DNA from: Carpediemonas membranifera BICM
Taxonomy: Eukaryota; Protista; Fornicata
NCBI GenBank assembly: GCA_019828565.1
Contig: JAHDYR010000025.1
Location: 868,001 to 932,000, forward strand
DNA length: 64,000 bases
Direction of reading: 5' to 3'
Shown here: piece after piece, positions 1 to 11,600 of the stretch
Layout: every line of letters begins with the position of its first letter
Numbering within the stretch: the stretch's first letter is position 1
Made by a program: the position numbers and the translations under genes
The notes under the pieces: model-generated
What the model was told of the DNA's origin: nothing
Seen by the model: only the letters and a program-made list of their open reading frames with translations
The model's database searches: none

Positions 1-14
1 CGGTCTTTGACCAG

Positions 15-2315
15 ATGTTCCCAGCCTCTACGGCGGCCAGACCCACCTCGAGCGTGATGACGGCGAGATACCGTTATCTGATCCAATCTCACAGGATATG
101 GGCTGACCAGTGGGTTGCATACACGCGACTCATGAACCGTCAGCCATCCCTCCCATTCAAATGGCCGCTGACCGCCACCAACACCACCAAGGCTGGTCTG
201 GCCACCCTCATCGTCTGGGCGGCCACAACACCCCTGCCCCAGCGGAACGATAGCCCACCCACCTCACTGGTCACCCCCTCAGAGTTCCATCCCCACCTGG
301 GTCTGCTCTGCTCCGCCCTGGGGGTCGATCCGTCCCTTGCCGCGGCCCCCACGCCTGTTCTCCTTGCTGTAGCCCACTCCTTCCTCACCGCGCTCAAGAG
401 CCACGTTGTTCCAGATGCTACAGGGTTGTGTCAGATCGCAGACCCATCCAGTGACGCACAACTCGCGAAGTTTATCAACAAGGGCGCGTATGACTCAATC
501 ATGGCCTTCCTGACCCGAGGGGAGGATTTGGATCCAATCGTGTCAGATATAGCCTTCCTGTACCTCACCAGCATCGAAATGGAGGTCACGCGGACCAAGG
601 ACCGCACTGCAGTCCCGCTGCGGGCGTTCAGGGCTCAGGTTGCGTCGGGATTCAGCAAGGAGCAGCAGCCGAACCCCGACCACGTCAGTGTGCTTAGTTC
701 GACGGTCAGGGGTGTGCGAGAGGCCGTGATTCTCTCAGGATATTGGGATATGTTCTGTCGCGGTGACATTCCGGACCACCCTGAGGCAGCCATCCTGCCC
801 GCGGCCCACATTGGGCGTGAGGTCAGGAGCGCTGTGATGAAGCGTTTGTCAGACATAGCCAGTACAGAATCTGATATCGGATCGGCTGAAGATTTAGCGA
901 ATCTGAAAAATCGGATACGAATGCTTCGTGAGCCCGCGTATCGGCTCAAGCTTGAGAAGGAAGAGGCCCGTGTCGAGAAGGAGCGTTCGTTTGCTGCCTC
1001 TATGCAACAGGCGCTAGACCAGGGCGGCGTCACCGATGTTGAGCAGACCCAGACCGCCAGAGAGGCGAGTGAGGACGCCAGGGCAGGGGTTGCACGAGAG
1101 ACAGTCGTGGCAGGCGTAACCGTCACCGAGGGCGAGACGCATGCGCCAGTTTCTTCGACGTCTGGCCCTGCTGAGGGGTCGACCCGAAAAGTCAAAGTCA
1201 GAGTCAAGTCAGCGGAGGTTGTCACGGCCCCTGCGGTCGGGCATCACGTGGTCCTAGCATCCGGGGCCATGGGTCGGGTGGTCGATACCATAGATACTGT
1301 AGCTTATGTTACAGACATTGATGGCGAGATCCACGTCGTCCCTCTACCGGAGCTGGTCGAAGAAATCTCGACAACGAGCCTGAAGCCGTTCGTCGTTTGG
1401 CGACACCGCCCCAGCAACACTCCCATGAGCACCTATCGCCCAAAGCCGAAGCCCCAGGGTCAAGCCAGGCAGAAGCCCCCACAGGTCGAAGCTTTCAGCC
1501 GTGAAGACTCCCAGCGCACGGAGTTCGGCCTCGTAAGCACCACCGTGGCCAATGTCTCGCGTCATGTGCCCAGTGCCCGGGCATGGACGCCGATCAAAGT
1601 GCAGAGGGTGATTACGCTGGATGAAACCCTGCTTAACCCGCCTGATGAGGCCGAGCAGCTCGAGAAGGAGACGGCCAGACTGCTCACGACAATGAGCGTG
1701 GGCAGCTTGACGGGAAAGAAGGCGTTTATTACTGAGTCGTCACCCCTCACAAGCCAGATCATTGACGCCGAGAACAAGGCGCTCCACACGACCATATCAG
1801 ACGCCCAGCATGAGCGACGCAAGATCCTCGATGACATTGGTGCAGTTTTACCCGAGTACAACCCTCTCAGGACGACCGAGATGGTGCAGCAAGCCCGGGC
1901 CGACGCCGCCAAGGGGCCAACCGTCCGCCCTCCGACCAAGTGGTTCAAAAACACGACCCTGCCTCGCAATAAGAACACTCTAGGCGCACCCATGCTCACG
2001 CTGTCTTCTACCGTGTACAACAATAGACCAGTGCCATTTGCTCTCCCCAAGCGACGGCCGCCGAGTTCATACACGAACGCCGTGCACGCCGAGTCGAAGT
2101 TCTCGACACTCGAGTTCGAGAAGGAGACGCTACCATCGGTGCAGGCTAACGTTGGGCACGTTGGCAAGATCATTTCAGATAGAGTCACGGTGGATGGTGT
2201 GCGGGAGTACTATTGCCGCTGGGACCGGCAGAAGCCGCTGACTGCTAAGTATCTGTGGCTGAGAGAGGAGGATATATTGCCGGAGGAGCTTGATGCATAT
2301 ACTATTGTTACATGA
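15..2315 (+). CDS. Hypothetical protein with C-terminal chromodomain (true start may lie upstream of the window)
   Basis: 766-aa ORF. C-terminus VGKIISDRVTVDGVREYYCRW...YLWLREEDI matches the chromo-fold pattern (V.KI...R...G..EY.V.W...W..E). Confidence 0.6.
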   Translation: MFPASTAARPTSSVMTARYRYLIQSHRIWADQWVAYTRLMNRQPSLPFKWPLTATNTTKAGLATLIVWAATTPLPQRNDSPPTSLVTPSEFHPHLGLLCSALGVDPSLAAAPTPVLLAVAHSFLTALKSHVVPDATGLCQIADPSSDAQLAKFINKGAYDSIMAFLTRGEDLDPIVSDIAFLYLTSIEMEVTRTKDRTAVPLRAFRAQVASGFSKEQQPNPDHVSVLSSTVRGVREAVILSGYWDMFCRGDIPDHPEAAILPAAHIGREVRSAVMKRLSDIASTESDIGSAEDLANLKNRIRMLREPAYRLKLEKEEARVEKERSFAASMQQALDQGGVTDVEQTQTAREASEDARAGVARETVVAGVTVTEGETHAPVSSTSGPAEGSTRKVKVRVKSAEVVTAPAVGHHVVLASGAMGRVVDTIDTVAYVTDIDGEIHVVPLPELVEEISTTSLKPFVVWRHRPSNTPMSTYRPKPKPQGQARQKPPQVEAFSREDSQRTEFGLVSTTVANVSRHVPSARAWTPIKVQRVITLDETLLNPPDEAEQLEKETARLLTTMSVGSLTGKKAFITESSPLTSQIIDAENKALHTTISDAQHERRKILDDIGAVLPEYNPLRTTEMVQQARADAAKGPTVRPPTKWFKNTTLPRNKNTLGAPMLTLSSTVYNNRPVPFALPKRRPPSSYTNAVHAESKFSTLEFEKETLPSVQANVGHVGKIISDRVTVDGVREYYCRWDRQKPLTAKYLWLREEDILPEELDAYTIVT

Positions 2316-2540
2316 TTTACTAAGTGTGTTATAAATGCAGCTTTGGAGTGCATGCGCTTGATGGTGCGAGCTGTCGCTGTCTAGACAGCTACAGGCGACA
2401 TATAGAGGCCCAGGCGTCGTCTCTAACCGCTGTTTTGCGACGTTATGATCGCGACATGGGACGGAGTGACATGACTATTGTTGCCACGGTCCTATGTCCA
2501 CTGGTAGCCAGCCCAGTCACGCTCCATGTTAACTCTTACT

Positions 2541-4195
2541 TTATGATAGCTCTGGGCCGACGTCGACTGGGGCGATCTCCCAGGTCATTGATTTGACTGC
2601 ATCATGCTCCTTAATCGCGACCAACTCGGCCACCCCATCTGACACCGTCTTCGCGAAAAACCACTGGCCGGTGGAGTTGCGGAATGAGAGGGTGTATCTG
2701 CCTCTTATCCTAACCTGTCTGCTGTCAAAAGCCGTCGCCTCAAAGGGCACGCTGTACTGTTTGTCACGGCTGTACATGTGAGTGCGGCCCTCAGTGACCC
2801 AGATAAGAACGTATCCACAATAGAACCCCTTGACCTTCTCTCGGAAGCGGAGCGGGGTGGCTGTGAGGCATTTGTCGCCCTTGCTGTATCCAGGCAGCAG
2901 GCCCGACTGGGCGATATGAAAGGGAAGTTCGCCGGCGAACAGCAGCTGGCGGCCGCTGAGGAAGATGCTGCAGTAATTCCCAATGCTTGGTATCCGGTCG
3001 ACCCTGAAGGGCAGCTCCTCGAAGCCAGTCATCTCGTTCTCGTGCCCGTGTCCCAGCCGGCCACAGAAGTTCCATCCGCTGATCATTCGTCGATCGCCCA
3101 TGGAGAGGATAACAGTGTTCCATGCATGCATGATGTGATCTGGGACAAAGCCATACGGCACGGCGACTGGGTGGAAGAGGTGGCTGTTCTCCCGCTCGAC
3201 TGGGCCAACATACCATGTTGAATCATCACCAGTCATGACAGTGCCGACCGGAGTGAAGATGAACGTTCGAGCTCTTATCAGCGACACACCGGTCACCACC
3301 CTGTGCTTCTCCCAGGCGGGCAGGCTGGCCTCGCGCTCGGCGACCTTGGGGCAGTTGGGGAAGGTGAGGCGGGTCGGGTCGACGAACCCAGATGACTTGA
3401 ACCCCAGCTGACCATTGTAGCAAGCGCCCCAGCCCCACAGACCCTTGGGGGTCCTGGCGATGTGGGTGAACCAGTCGCTGTAGACCTCGAGGGCCCGGGG
3501 CATCCTGGCCCTGGTGAGGGCGGTGTGGTGGTCAGTGTCGAGCATGAAGAGTCGGCCCATGTACATGTGGTGGTGGTAACATCCGTAACAGTTACCACAC
3601 TCATCCTCGTCACTGCACTGATAGCTCTCGCCGTCCTTCTCGGCGGCGTTCAGCGTGAAGAAGAACTTGCGGCAGAGGAACCAGAGGCACTTGGCCTCGG
3701 GCGTGAGAGCCTTGCGGATCTTGTCGTACATCTCGGTCTCATCTGGCCACTTCTCTCGAGCCTCGTTCAGCACCCTGTCCTCGAGGTCTGGGTTGGCCCC
3801 GCCACCCAGCAGACACGCCCACACCGCGCCCTGGTTCAGCGTGTGCATGGCGACCGGGAGCTCCTCGCCGTCCGCGAGCTCGACGTTCATGGACAGCGGG
3901 GGGCCGCTGGTGAGGATCGAGCAGGCGCGGTCGAGGAGGGCTTGCGCGGTTGGCTTGAGAGGGGGATCTTGCAGAGCGTGGCGAGGAGGGATTCGAGAGA
4001 CGGGGCGCTCGTTGGTGTAGCAGTGCTATCTGTTTTGTGCATCGAGGGCATTTGTTCGCCGAAGTGTCTGGAGTAGGCGCACTGGAGCAACGAGGGGATG
4101 TCCCCGGAGACGGAGGCCGTTGCGGTGAGCGACTCGCGGAATACGGAGCTCAGCGCATCTCTGATGGCCGATGGCGAGGAACTAGCGCTGCTCAT
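2541..4195 (-). pseudogene. RCC1-like repeat family copy 1, frameshifted (possibly a sequencing error)
   Basis: ORFs 3887..4204 and 2541..3890 join if one base is restored in the G run at ~3961-3965. Family motifs WGWG..NGQLG and GRLGHG. Confidence 0.75.
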
Positions 4196-4366
4196 CGCTT
4201 TCAACGCTCAGTTCGGTGATGGCCAAATTCAGACGACTTGCCGACTCCCCGACGCTAAACGTGTCGCCGCAGAGTGTCAGGCATGATGGGTCGACGCAGT
4301 CTGGTTGGTTTATTGGTGCGAGAACTGGCTCCGACCAAAGGGCAGCGCGTCACTCGACCACACGAT

Positions 4367-6019
4367 TCAGCCCCACACGTCCGCTGGCGTCAGCTCCACA
4401 ACATCCGCCGTCGGCTCGTCGACCCGTCTCAGCGCGCTCTTGCCGAGGCTAGTCGCGCCCATGGCCGCGAGGATGGCCCGCGCGAGCAGACCCAGCAACC
4501 ACCACTGGCCGGACGCGTCGCGGAAGGCAGGGGTGGGGAACGTCAAGGACGCAGCTGTTGCCTCGACCGGGACTTCTCCAGCGTCGGCAGTGCTGCGGTA
4601 GTTGGTGCGGCCCTCAGCCACCCAGATCAGAACCGACCCATCGAGGTAAAACCCCTTGACCCTCTCTAGGAAAAGGAGCGGCGCCGGTGTGGGGCACACG
4701 TCATCTTCTCTGTACCCAGGCAGCAGGCCCGACTGGGCGATATGTTCGGGAACATGGCCAGCGAACAGCAACTGATGGCCGCTGAGGAAGACGTTGAAGT
4801 CGTATCCCGTGGAAACAATCCGGTCGACCCTGAAGGGCAGCTCCTCGAAGCCAGTCATCTCGTTCTCGTGCCCGAGTCCCAGCCGGCCACAGAAGTTCCA
4901 TCCGCTGATCATTCGTCGATCGCCCATGGAGAGGATGATATTGTTGGCATCATCGTGTAGCATATCACTTGGTATAAAGTCAGCGGGCACGGCGACTGGG
5001 ATGAAGCCGTCATTCTCAACGGGCCCTGTGAACCAGATCCGATCATGGCCGGCCATGACGGTGCCCGCGGGTGTGAGTATCCAGACTGCGTCGAACATAA
5101 TATGTACAGCGATGATCATCGTGTCTTTGCCCCAAGCGGGCAGGCTGGCCTCGAGCTCGGCGACCTTGGGGCAGGCGGGGAAGGTGAGGCGGGTCGGGTC
5201 GACGAACCCAGATGACTTGGACCCCAGCTGGCCATATTCGTTGTAGCCCCAGCCCCACAGACCCTTGGGCGTCCTGGCGATGTGGGTGGTCCAGTCGATG
5301 TAGACCTCGAGGGCCCTGGGCATCCTGGCCCTGGTGAGGGCGGTGTGCCTGGCAGTGTCGAGCATGAAGAGTCGGCCCATGTACATGCGGTGGTGGTAGT
5401 ATCCACTACAGCTGCACTGATATCTCTCACCGTCCTTCTCGGCGGCGTTCAGCGTGAAGAAGAACTTGCGGCAGAGGAACCAGAGGCACTTGGCCTCGGG
5501 CGTGAGAGCCTTGCCGATCTTGTCGTACATCTCGGTCTCATCTGGCTCCTTCTCTCGAGCCTCGTTCAGCACCCTGTCCTCGAGGTCGGGGTTGGCCCCG
5601 CCACCCACCAGACACGCCCACACCGCGCCCTGGTTCAGCGTGTGCAGGGCGACCGGGAGCTCCTGCCCTGGCGCGAGCTCGACGTTCATGGACAGCGGGG
5701 GGCCGCTGGTGAGGATCGAGCGGGCGCGGTCGAGGAGGGCTTGCGCGGATGGTTCGAGAGGAGGGATCTTGGAGAGCGTGGCGAGGAGGTATTCGAGAGA
5801 ATTGCCATCCTTCGGCGCGTCTGTGGTTGTATGATTGTAGATAAACGTCCTTAATGCGTTCAGCATGCCAGATCTGAGCGGGATTTCCTCATTGAAGTGA
5901 CGCTGGTACGCGCAGGCGATGAGCGAGGGGATGTCGCCTGCGATGCTGCTCGTGGCCGTGATTGAGAGCCGATGGGCCGCGATCAGCGCCTCTCGCGTCT
6001 TTTTGCTTCCATTGCTCAT
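4367..6019 (-). CDS. RCC1-like repeat family copy 2
   Basis: Start MSNGSKK is shared with paralogs. WGWGYNEYGQLG and GRLGLGH motifs. Divergent C-terminus. Confidence 0.8.
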   Translation of the reverse strand: MSNGSKKTREALIAAHRLSITATSSIAGDIPSLIACAYQRHFNEEIPLRSGMLNALRTFIYNHTTTDAPKDGNSLEYLLATLSKIPPLEPSAQALLDRARSILTSGPPLSMNVELAPGQELPVALHTLNQGAVWACLVGGGANPDLEDRVLNEAREKEPDETEMYDKIGKALTPEAKCLWFLCRKFFFTLNAAEKDGERYQCSCSGYYHHRMYMGRLFMLDTARHTALTRARMPRALEVYIDWTTHIARTPKGLWGWGYNEYGQLGSKSSGFVDPTRLTFPACPKVAELEASLPAWGKDTMIIAVHIMFDAVWILTPAGTVMAGHDRIWFTGPVENDGFIPVAVPADFIPSDMLHDDANNIILSMGDRRMISGWNFCGRLGLGHENEMTGFEELPFRVDRIVSTGYDFNVFLSGHQLLFAGHVPEHIAQSGLLPGYREDDVCPTPAPLLFLERVKGFYLDGSVLIWVAEGRTNYRSTADAGEVPVEATAASLTFPTPAFRDASGQWWLLGLLARAILAAMGATSLGKSALRRVDEPTADVVELTPADVWG

Positions 6020-6304
6020 GTCGTTCGTTCGTTGACAAGCAACTCGGTCACAGTCACACCCGTGGCCGGCAAGGCAACACCAGTGCAGCCCTACCCATGA
6101 GTAGTGCCGCGAGACGCTCATTGGAGTATCCTTCTACGTCCCATTTCACAGCTCAAAGCTGCACGTTCATTGCTTGATCTCCCACTTGAGAGCATGGAAT
6201 GACGTAGATGGCGACCAAAGCCACGCTCGCATGCTACCATCGATACACGCATCTCTGCAAGCCAAGACAGTGCCACGCCGTCCATTTACTGGCGTATGCC
6301 AAGC

Positions 6305-6685
6305 CTAGTAGCCGACAGACTCGAGGTAGTCACCAAGCTTGGCAACAGTGAGGGCGGCGGGCTCGGGCACCTGCTGGTCGTCGTGGACGCCAACAATGAT
6401 GGCCTGCTGGGTCTTGCGGAGGAAGACACCGTTGGTGAGCTTCTTCATGTACAGAGTCTTGTCATCGCCACGGATGAAAGTGTACTTCATGCCGTTGAGG
6501 GTGAGACCACCGGTCTGGAGGATGGAAAAGTCATCATGTCCCTTGATGATCTTTGCGATCTCAGCCTGATCTATGTTGAAGCCATTGCTCGTGGCCCAAA
6601 CGTCGCCAGCGTGACCAAGAATGGCAGCATGGCGGAGAGTTCCGGTGCTAAGGAGCTGTACATCGACGTATTCTTGCCAAGACAT
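6305..6685 (-). CDS. Profilin
   Basis: 126 aa: MSWQEYVD...AAILG...WA...GLTLNGMKY...KTQQAIIVG...KLGDYL..VGY, typical profilin. Confidence 0.95.
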   Translation of the reverse strand: MSWQEYVDVQLLSTGTLRHAAILGHAGDVWATSNGFNIDQAEIAKIIKGHDDFSILQTGGLTLNGMKYTFIRGDDKTLYMKKLTNGVFLRKTQQAIIVGVHDDQQVPEPAALTVAKLGDYLESVGY

Positions 6686-7209
6686 CTGTTGTCTTGTGTA
6701 ACGGTTTTGGTGTGTGGTTGCAAACTTTTTCATGCAAAGGTAAAAGCACCAGATTGACACGCCTCTGATGAGGTGACACGCGCCGTGAAGCCAGCCTTTT
6801 GGATCTGACCTCTCACCCTTTCCCGTGGAGGATGATTGGGTCTTCGTCCCCATGTCCGGAAACTTGGGACGAAGGATGGTCGATGCTGTTGGCCCAACGC
6901 CTGCTGAACACTGACCATGGTCCAGCATCATGGTGAGCCCAGTATGTGATATTTGTTAACCAAGATCTGAGACAAGGCATTGCTTCAGAAAGGCGTATTA
7001 GGCTCAGCGGGTAGACATCTCAGGGCTAGTTAGAGCTAGCTATTGAAAGCTATATCGGCCAGTTGAAGGTCATGATTCCTTCTAACGATGGATTTTATGT
7101 CCACATCAGCCGAATGGGCGCCTATAACCTTCGTTTCGAAGCGATCTGCGTTGAAAACCCAAACTGAAAGAGTCGCAGCACCAGTAACCAACGATTTTCG
7201 AAAAACCGC

Positions 7210-7281
7210 GCAGCGGTGGTCTAGGGGTATGATTCCTGCTTAGGGTGCAGGAGGTCCCGGGTTCAAATCCCGGCCGCTGCC
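7210..7281 (+). tRNA. tRNA-Pro (AGG)
   Basis: Cloverleaf with acceptor GCAGCGG/CCGCTGC, anticodon stem CCTGC/GCAGG, AGG at 7242-7244, T-loop TTCAAAT. Followed by a T4 Pol III terminator at 7285-7288. Confidence 0.97.
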
Positions 7282-7295
7282 TACTTTTCAATTCC
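7280..7295 (+). repeat. 16-bp direct repeat CCTACTTTTCAATTCC, left copy (right copy 24951..24966)
   Basis: Exact match at both ends of the retroelement island; overlaps the tRNA 3' end and terminator. Confidence 0.85.
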
Positions 7296-7763
7296 GATGC
7301 CGCCCGACTCGCGGTCCACAAAGTGTGGCTCTATAACAGAGAGCCCTCCTCTTAAATCCAACCAAAATGGGGGGCGAGTATTTACTTCGGGTGGCTTCCC
7401 CGAGCTCTTATGACAGACCCGGGTAAATCCTCGTCTCGCGATCCGGTCAGGTCCGAAACGGCTCCGACACCTGCCGATGCGTTTCGAAGTGTGACCTAAA
7501 GTGCACATTGATCGGCGCGCGCAGGTGCCAGTGATGGTCCTGTGACAGGATCCACAAAGTGTGGCTCTATAACAGAGAGCCCTCCTCTTAAATCCAACCA
7601 AAATGGGACAATCCCGCAAGACGTCCCTGTGGGACTAAAGCTTTGGGCCGGCGAGTCTATCTCGCCTCGACCAGAGTTAAGAATTAATGATGAATCCAGG
7701 CCGGCGAGTCCGTCTCGCCTCGGCCGTTCCCCCTCGAACGCGGATGTTTAATGGAGGGGGTGG

Positions 7764-8645
7764 TTAAAAGTGGGGCCCGAGAAGGCTGAGGTTCATCCTC
7801 CTGGTGAGGTCCTCGTTTGTTCTGATGGCGTCAGCGACATAGCTGCGGAGGGAGGTGACGTCCTTCCATGTGCCCATTGAGAGGATCACCTCCAGCGGGA
7901 CTCCTGATAGAGCCATCTCCGACGCTGCCCCCCTTACGGAAGCTGTGGAGACCCGTCCGTGGACCGAACAACGCCTTCACGACTCGTCGGAGGTGTGCGG
8001 CTGTGAGCGGTTTGTCTCTGCTCAGGCGCCCGTTGATTATGACTCGCCAGATGGGGGTGTCATCAGCCAGGTAGTGTGTGCCCTCGACCCAGCGTCTAAG
8101 TGCCAAGGCCGGGTTGAAGGCGGCTGATAGCCATACGTATGGTACGCGCTTCTTAACTCCCGTTAGGATGGTCTTGGTCCGCTGAATGTGTAGGAGAATG
8201 TCGCCGTTCTTGAGTAGCTCCAGGTCGGCCGGGCATAGGGAGAGTATCTCGATGCCTCTGGACACCGTCAGATAGGCGACTGCCCCAAAGAGACATGCCT
8301 GATATGACTCAAAGTCGTCACTCCGGCGCCCCAGTGCCTCGATCATCTCAGCCTTGGTGATGGCGCGCGAGCCGCCGGTAGTTCCCGCCGTGCTGGCGCC
8401 CTTAGCCGCCTGCTTAACGATGTACTTGGAGTTGGCGGGCGGATGCCAGTCTTTGAGGAACTCCTGTAGCTGAACAATCCAGTAGCCCTTCCTCGCCACG
8501 TTCGATGGCCCGCAGAAGGAGCCTTCGTCCTTGAGGAAGGCTACAAGCTGGTCTCGATCCGACAGGCTGCGATCGCGAGAGCCTTCGAACCTGGCCACCC
8601 AGCCGGCCACCGTCCGAGCAGACGCGTGATTAAGGTGAATCACTC
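7764..8645 (-). pseudogene. Tyrosine recombinase of family A copy 1, disrupted
   Basis: SRGIE, TKT and HSFRKG motifs. Cut by the LINE insertion, plus one extra C at ~7928-7933 relative to copy 2. Confidence 0.85.
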
Positions 8646-8658
8646 AATTTTCCGCACC

Positions 8659-11600
8659 ATGGGCAAAAGTAGTTCTGGCTACAGAGGCCCAATCTTAGCG
8701 AAAGACACTGGTCCGCAACCACAAAGTACCACTGCTGCTCAAAGCAGTATCGCCGACCAACGCTTCCTGACGAGGAAGCACCTCAAATATGTTTCATCCG
8801 CCCCTCCTGTCCTCAAAAGACAACTACTAGCAGGCATTGCCTTTATTGGGGACCCCGTAATCATCCATCCCTTCAAAACTGAGCTTGCAACACACTCATC
8901 GACGGGCAATTTCGTCTCGGTGGCAATCCCAAACCTAAAACGGGACAACGCCCGCTATAAGCGGGCTAAGGATGCCTGTAATGACCTACTCCAAGATGCT
9001 GAGCACCTTGCAGCTGCATTTGGGCTCTCCATCCGGGAAGGTATCCTCAAACTCTTTCCCCTCATTGCCTATGATCTTGTCCACACGGTTGGAACGCTTA
9101 AGGCTGCCCTAATCCACTGCAGGTTCACGGGACTCCCCCCAGCTAGCAGCATGGACTGGAGCAAGTTCGCAGATTTCATCTCCGCCAGATGCCCTACAGT
9201 GTTAGACCAACGGAACGATCCTTGGCCTCCAACCATATCCACTGTCCCGAACTCTCCGAGCCTGACATGGCAGGCAGTCGGTCAAAGAGAGCCTCTTGGT
9301 CCCCGCATCGCTCACTCCGGCCGGCCCGGCCCCATTGTATCTCCGGATGGTCTCAACCTCACGCCGTTCATGGGCCTCGAGGTAATCCACTTACTGTATG
9401 GCGCCTCTCCCGTGTTGGGAGGACATGCGATGACTGAGCTTTATGCCGAATGGGGTGGAGCCACAGCGGCCGACCTTCAGTCTTCCTTATCGAATACCTT
9501 ATCAGACAGCCTTATCTCTCCCATTCGCCGGAAGGCCTATCCAGTCGATGACTCTACTATATCCATAAGTTCCTGTTCAAACTCTGATGTTGAGCTCGCA
9601 AGCCCGATCCCTGTTAGCGTGGAAGAGGTTGCGCGGCAGATTCGGAAAGAAATATCGTCTTGCGAAGAGAACAGCATTTATCCATCATCCCCGATCGTAG
9701 CTGAGGAGCCTAACGCCCGTTGGGGCCCTCTCATGAGCATCCCAGTTCACGCCGACGGCAACTGTGGCCTTCACTCACTTGCTGTCTCTCTGGGTATGAC
9801 GGGCCTGACGAGACGAGAAGCCGTGTCGAAACTTGCCTCCGCCATCCAGAATGGTACAGTGGATCTTAACTCCTCGTGGAGATCCACGGTGCGCACTTTA
9901 ACCACACACACCACCGCTAGCGACATTGGTAGTGCCTTCCTATCCACCACAGACCTCCGCAATATTGCATCGCTCTTTGGAAAAAATGTGCTTATTGCTC
10001 ATCGATATGATGCCAACACAGTCTCAGTAACCATCCCAGCATTATCCGAGTTCTCTACACTTCCTCTCAATATTGACGCGCTCAAAACGATGCTCAAAAC
10101 CGATTACATCCTCATTAGACTGAGTGCTCTGCACTTCACGCCTCTTTTTCCGTCTGTGAGGAGCGCAGAAGCAAGGCGCCTGCAATATGCTGAATATCGT
10201 CCAAGAAGAGCCCCCTCTAGTGTGGCTCGCAACAACATCGCCGCTGAAGGCCTCGATAGCGCCCCCCTCTAGTGTGGCCCGCAACAACATCGCCGCTGAA
10301 GGCCTCGATAGCGCCCCCTCTAGTGTGGCTCGCAACAACATCGTCGCTGGAGGCCTCGATAGCGCCCCCTCTAGTGTGGCCCGCAACAACATCGCCGCTG
10401 GAGGCCTCGATAGCGCCCCCCTCTAGTGTGGCCCGCAACAACATCGCCGCTGAAGGCCTCGATAGCGCCCCCTCTAGTGTGGCCCGCAACAACATCGCCG
10501 CTGAAGGCCTCGATAGCGCCCCCTCTAGTGTGGCCCGCAACAACATCGCCGCTGAAGGCCTCGATAGCGCCCCCTCTAGTGTGGCCCGCAACAACCGTGA
10601 TGGCGTCCATGGCGCTCTCATAGGCTTGTCTGGCAAGAGAGAGGGTCCTGTTTCTCATATCCTAGTGGTCGACTTTGAAGGACTAGGAACTGCCGTAGAC
10701 CGCAGAGCCACCAAACAGAGTCGCGTCTCATATCCCGTAGAGGCCGGCGCCACACTCCTAGCCCGCGTCAAGGATCCTGAAACGGGGATAATGATGTGGG
10801 ACGTCGCAGGGGTCCACTGGGGCGGCTTAGAAGTTGATATCCCAGCGCAGTTAATGCAGACAGCTTTATACCAAGCGGCAGTTGTTCATGGGTGTCCTCC
10901 CATGAGCTTCAGAGTACACCCCGACCACCCCGGGATCTCATTCCCCAGCCCGACCGACTGGCTTCACCACCTCACGGTCATAGTGAGCTCCCTCCCGAAC
11001 TGCATCATGGTCGCCAAAGACCCGAGACTTGAGAACTCCGTCCTAGAGTCATGGGTCTCGGAAAGCGATGCCCCCTTCCTTGACAAGGTCTATGACATAA
11101 GTGATCTAGAGTCCATAGACAAAAGATCCTTTGGGCATATCCATGACTACTGCCGTTCACCCGAGTTCTCTGAGGCGATGTCGATAGCCCAATGTCTCAC
11201 AATGGTGAAGTGCCCCTGCCCGTACCACATTGGAACAGATCCAGGCTACCATTGTGCTCTCAGTGACACTGTAGCTTTCGCGGCGGTACTGCACACAGTC
11301 TCATGTCTCGACCGAACATCTAGGGGAGCTATCACATCCACGTACTCTGAAATCACTGATGCATGGAGGAAAGACTTGGATGTCCTCATCGGCAACTGGT
11401 CCTCTCTCCTGCCCGACCTGGCCGTGCTACTACTCCAAGACCTCCACCTGCCAACGCTTGAGGAGCTGCACCACATCCTCAAGGAGTACGTAATAGCACC
11501 TAAGGGTGGCTGCTCCTTCCCCACAGGTGATAGGGCCAGACAGGCTATGACGTGCCGTCAATTTATTGCAGTGCGGAGCCCAGCTCGGCGAGGGTGGGAA

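Noticed and set aside
6686-6931. N-terminal extension of the profilin ORF
   Set aside because: Canonical profilin starts at MSWQ (6685); the upstream part looks like open non-coding sequence.
10210-10595. Regular repeats as a possible CRISPR array
   Set aside because: Head-to-tail 51-bp coding repeats without unique spacers, in a eukaryotic LINE ORF.
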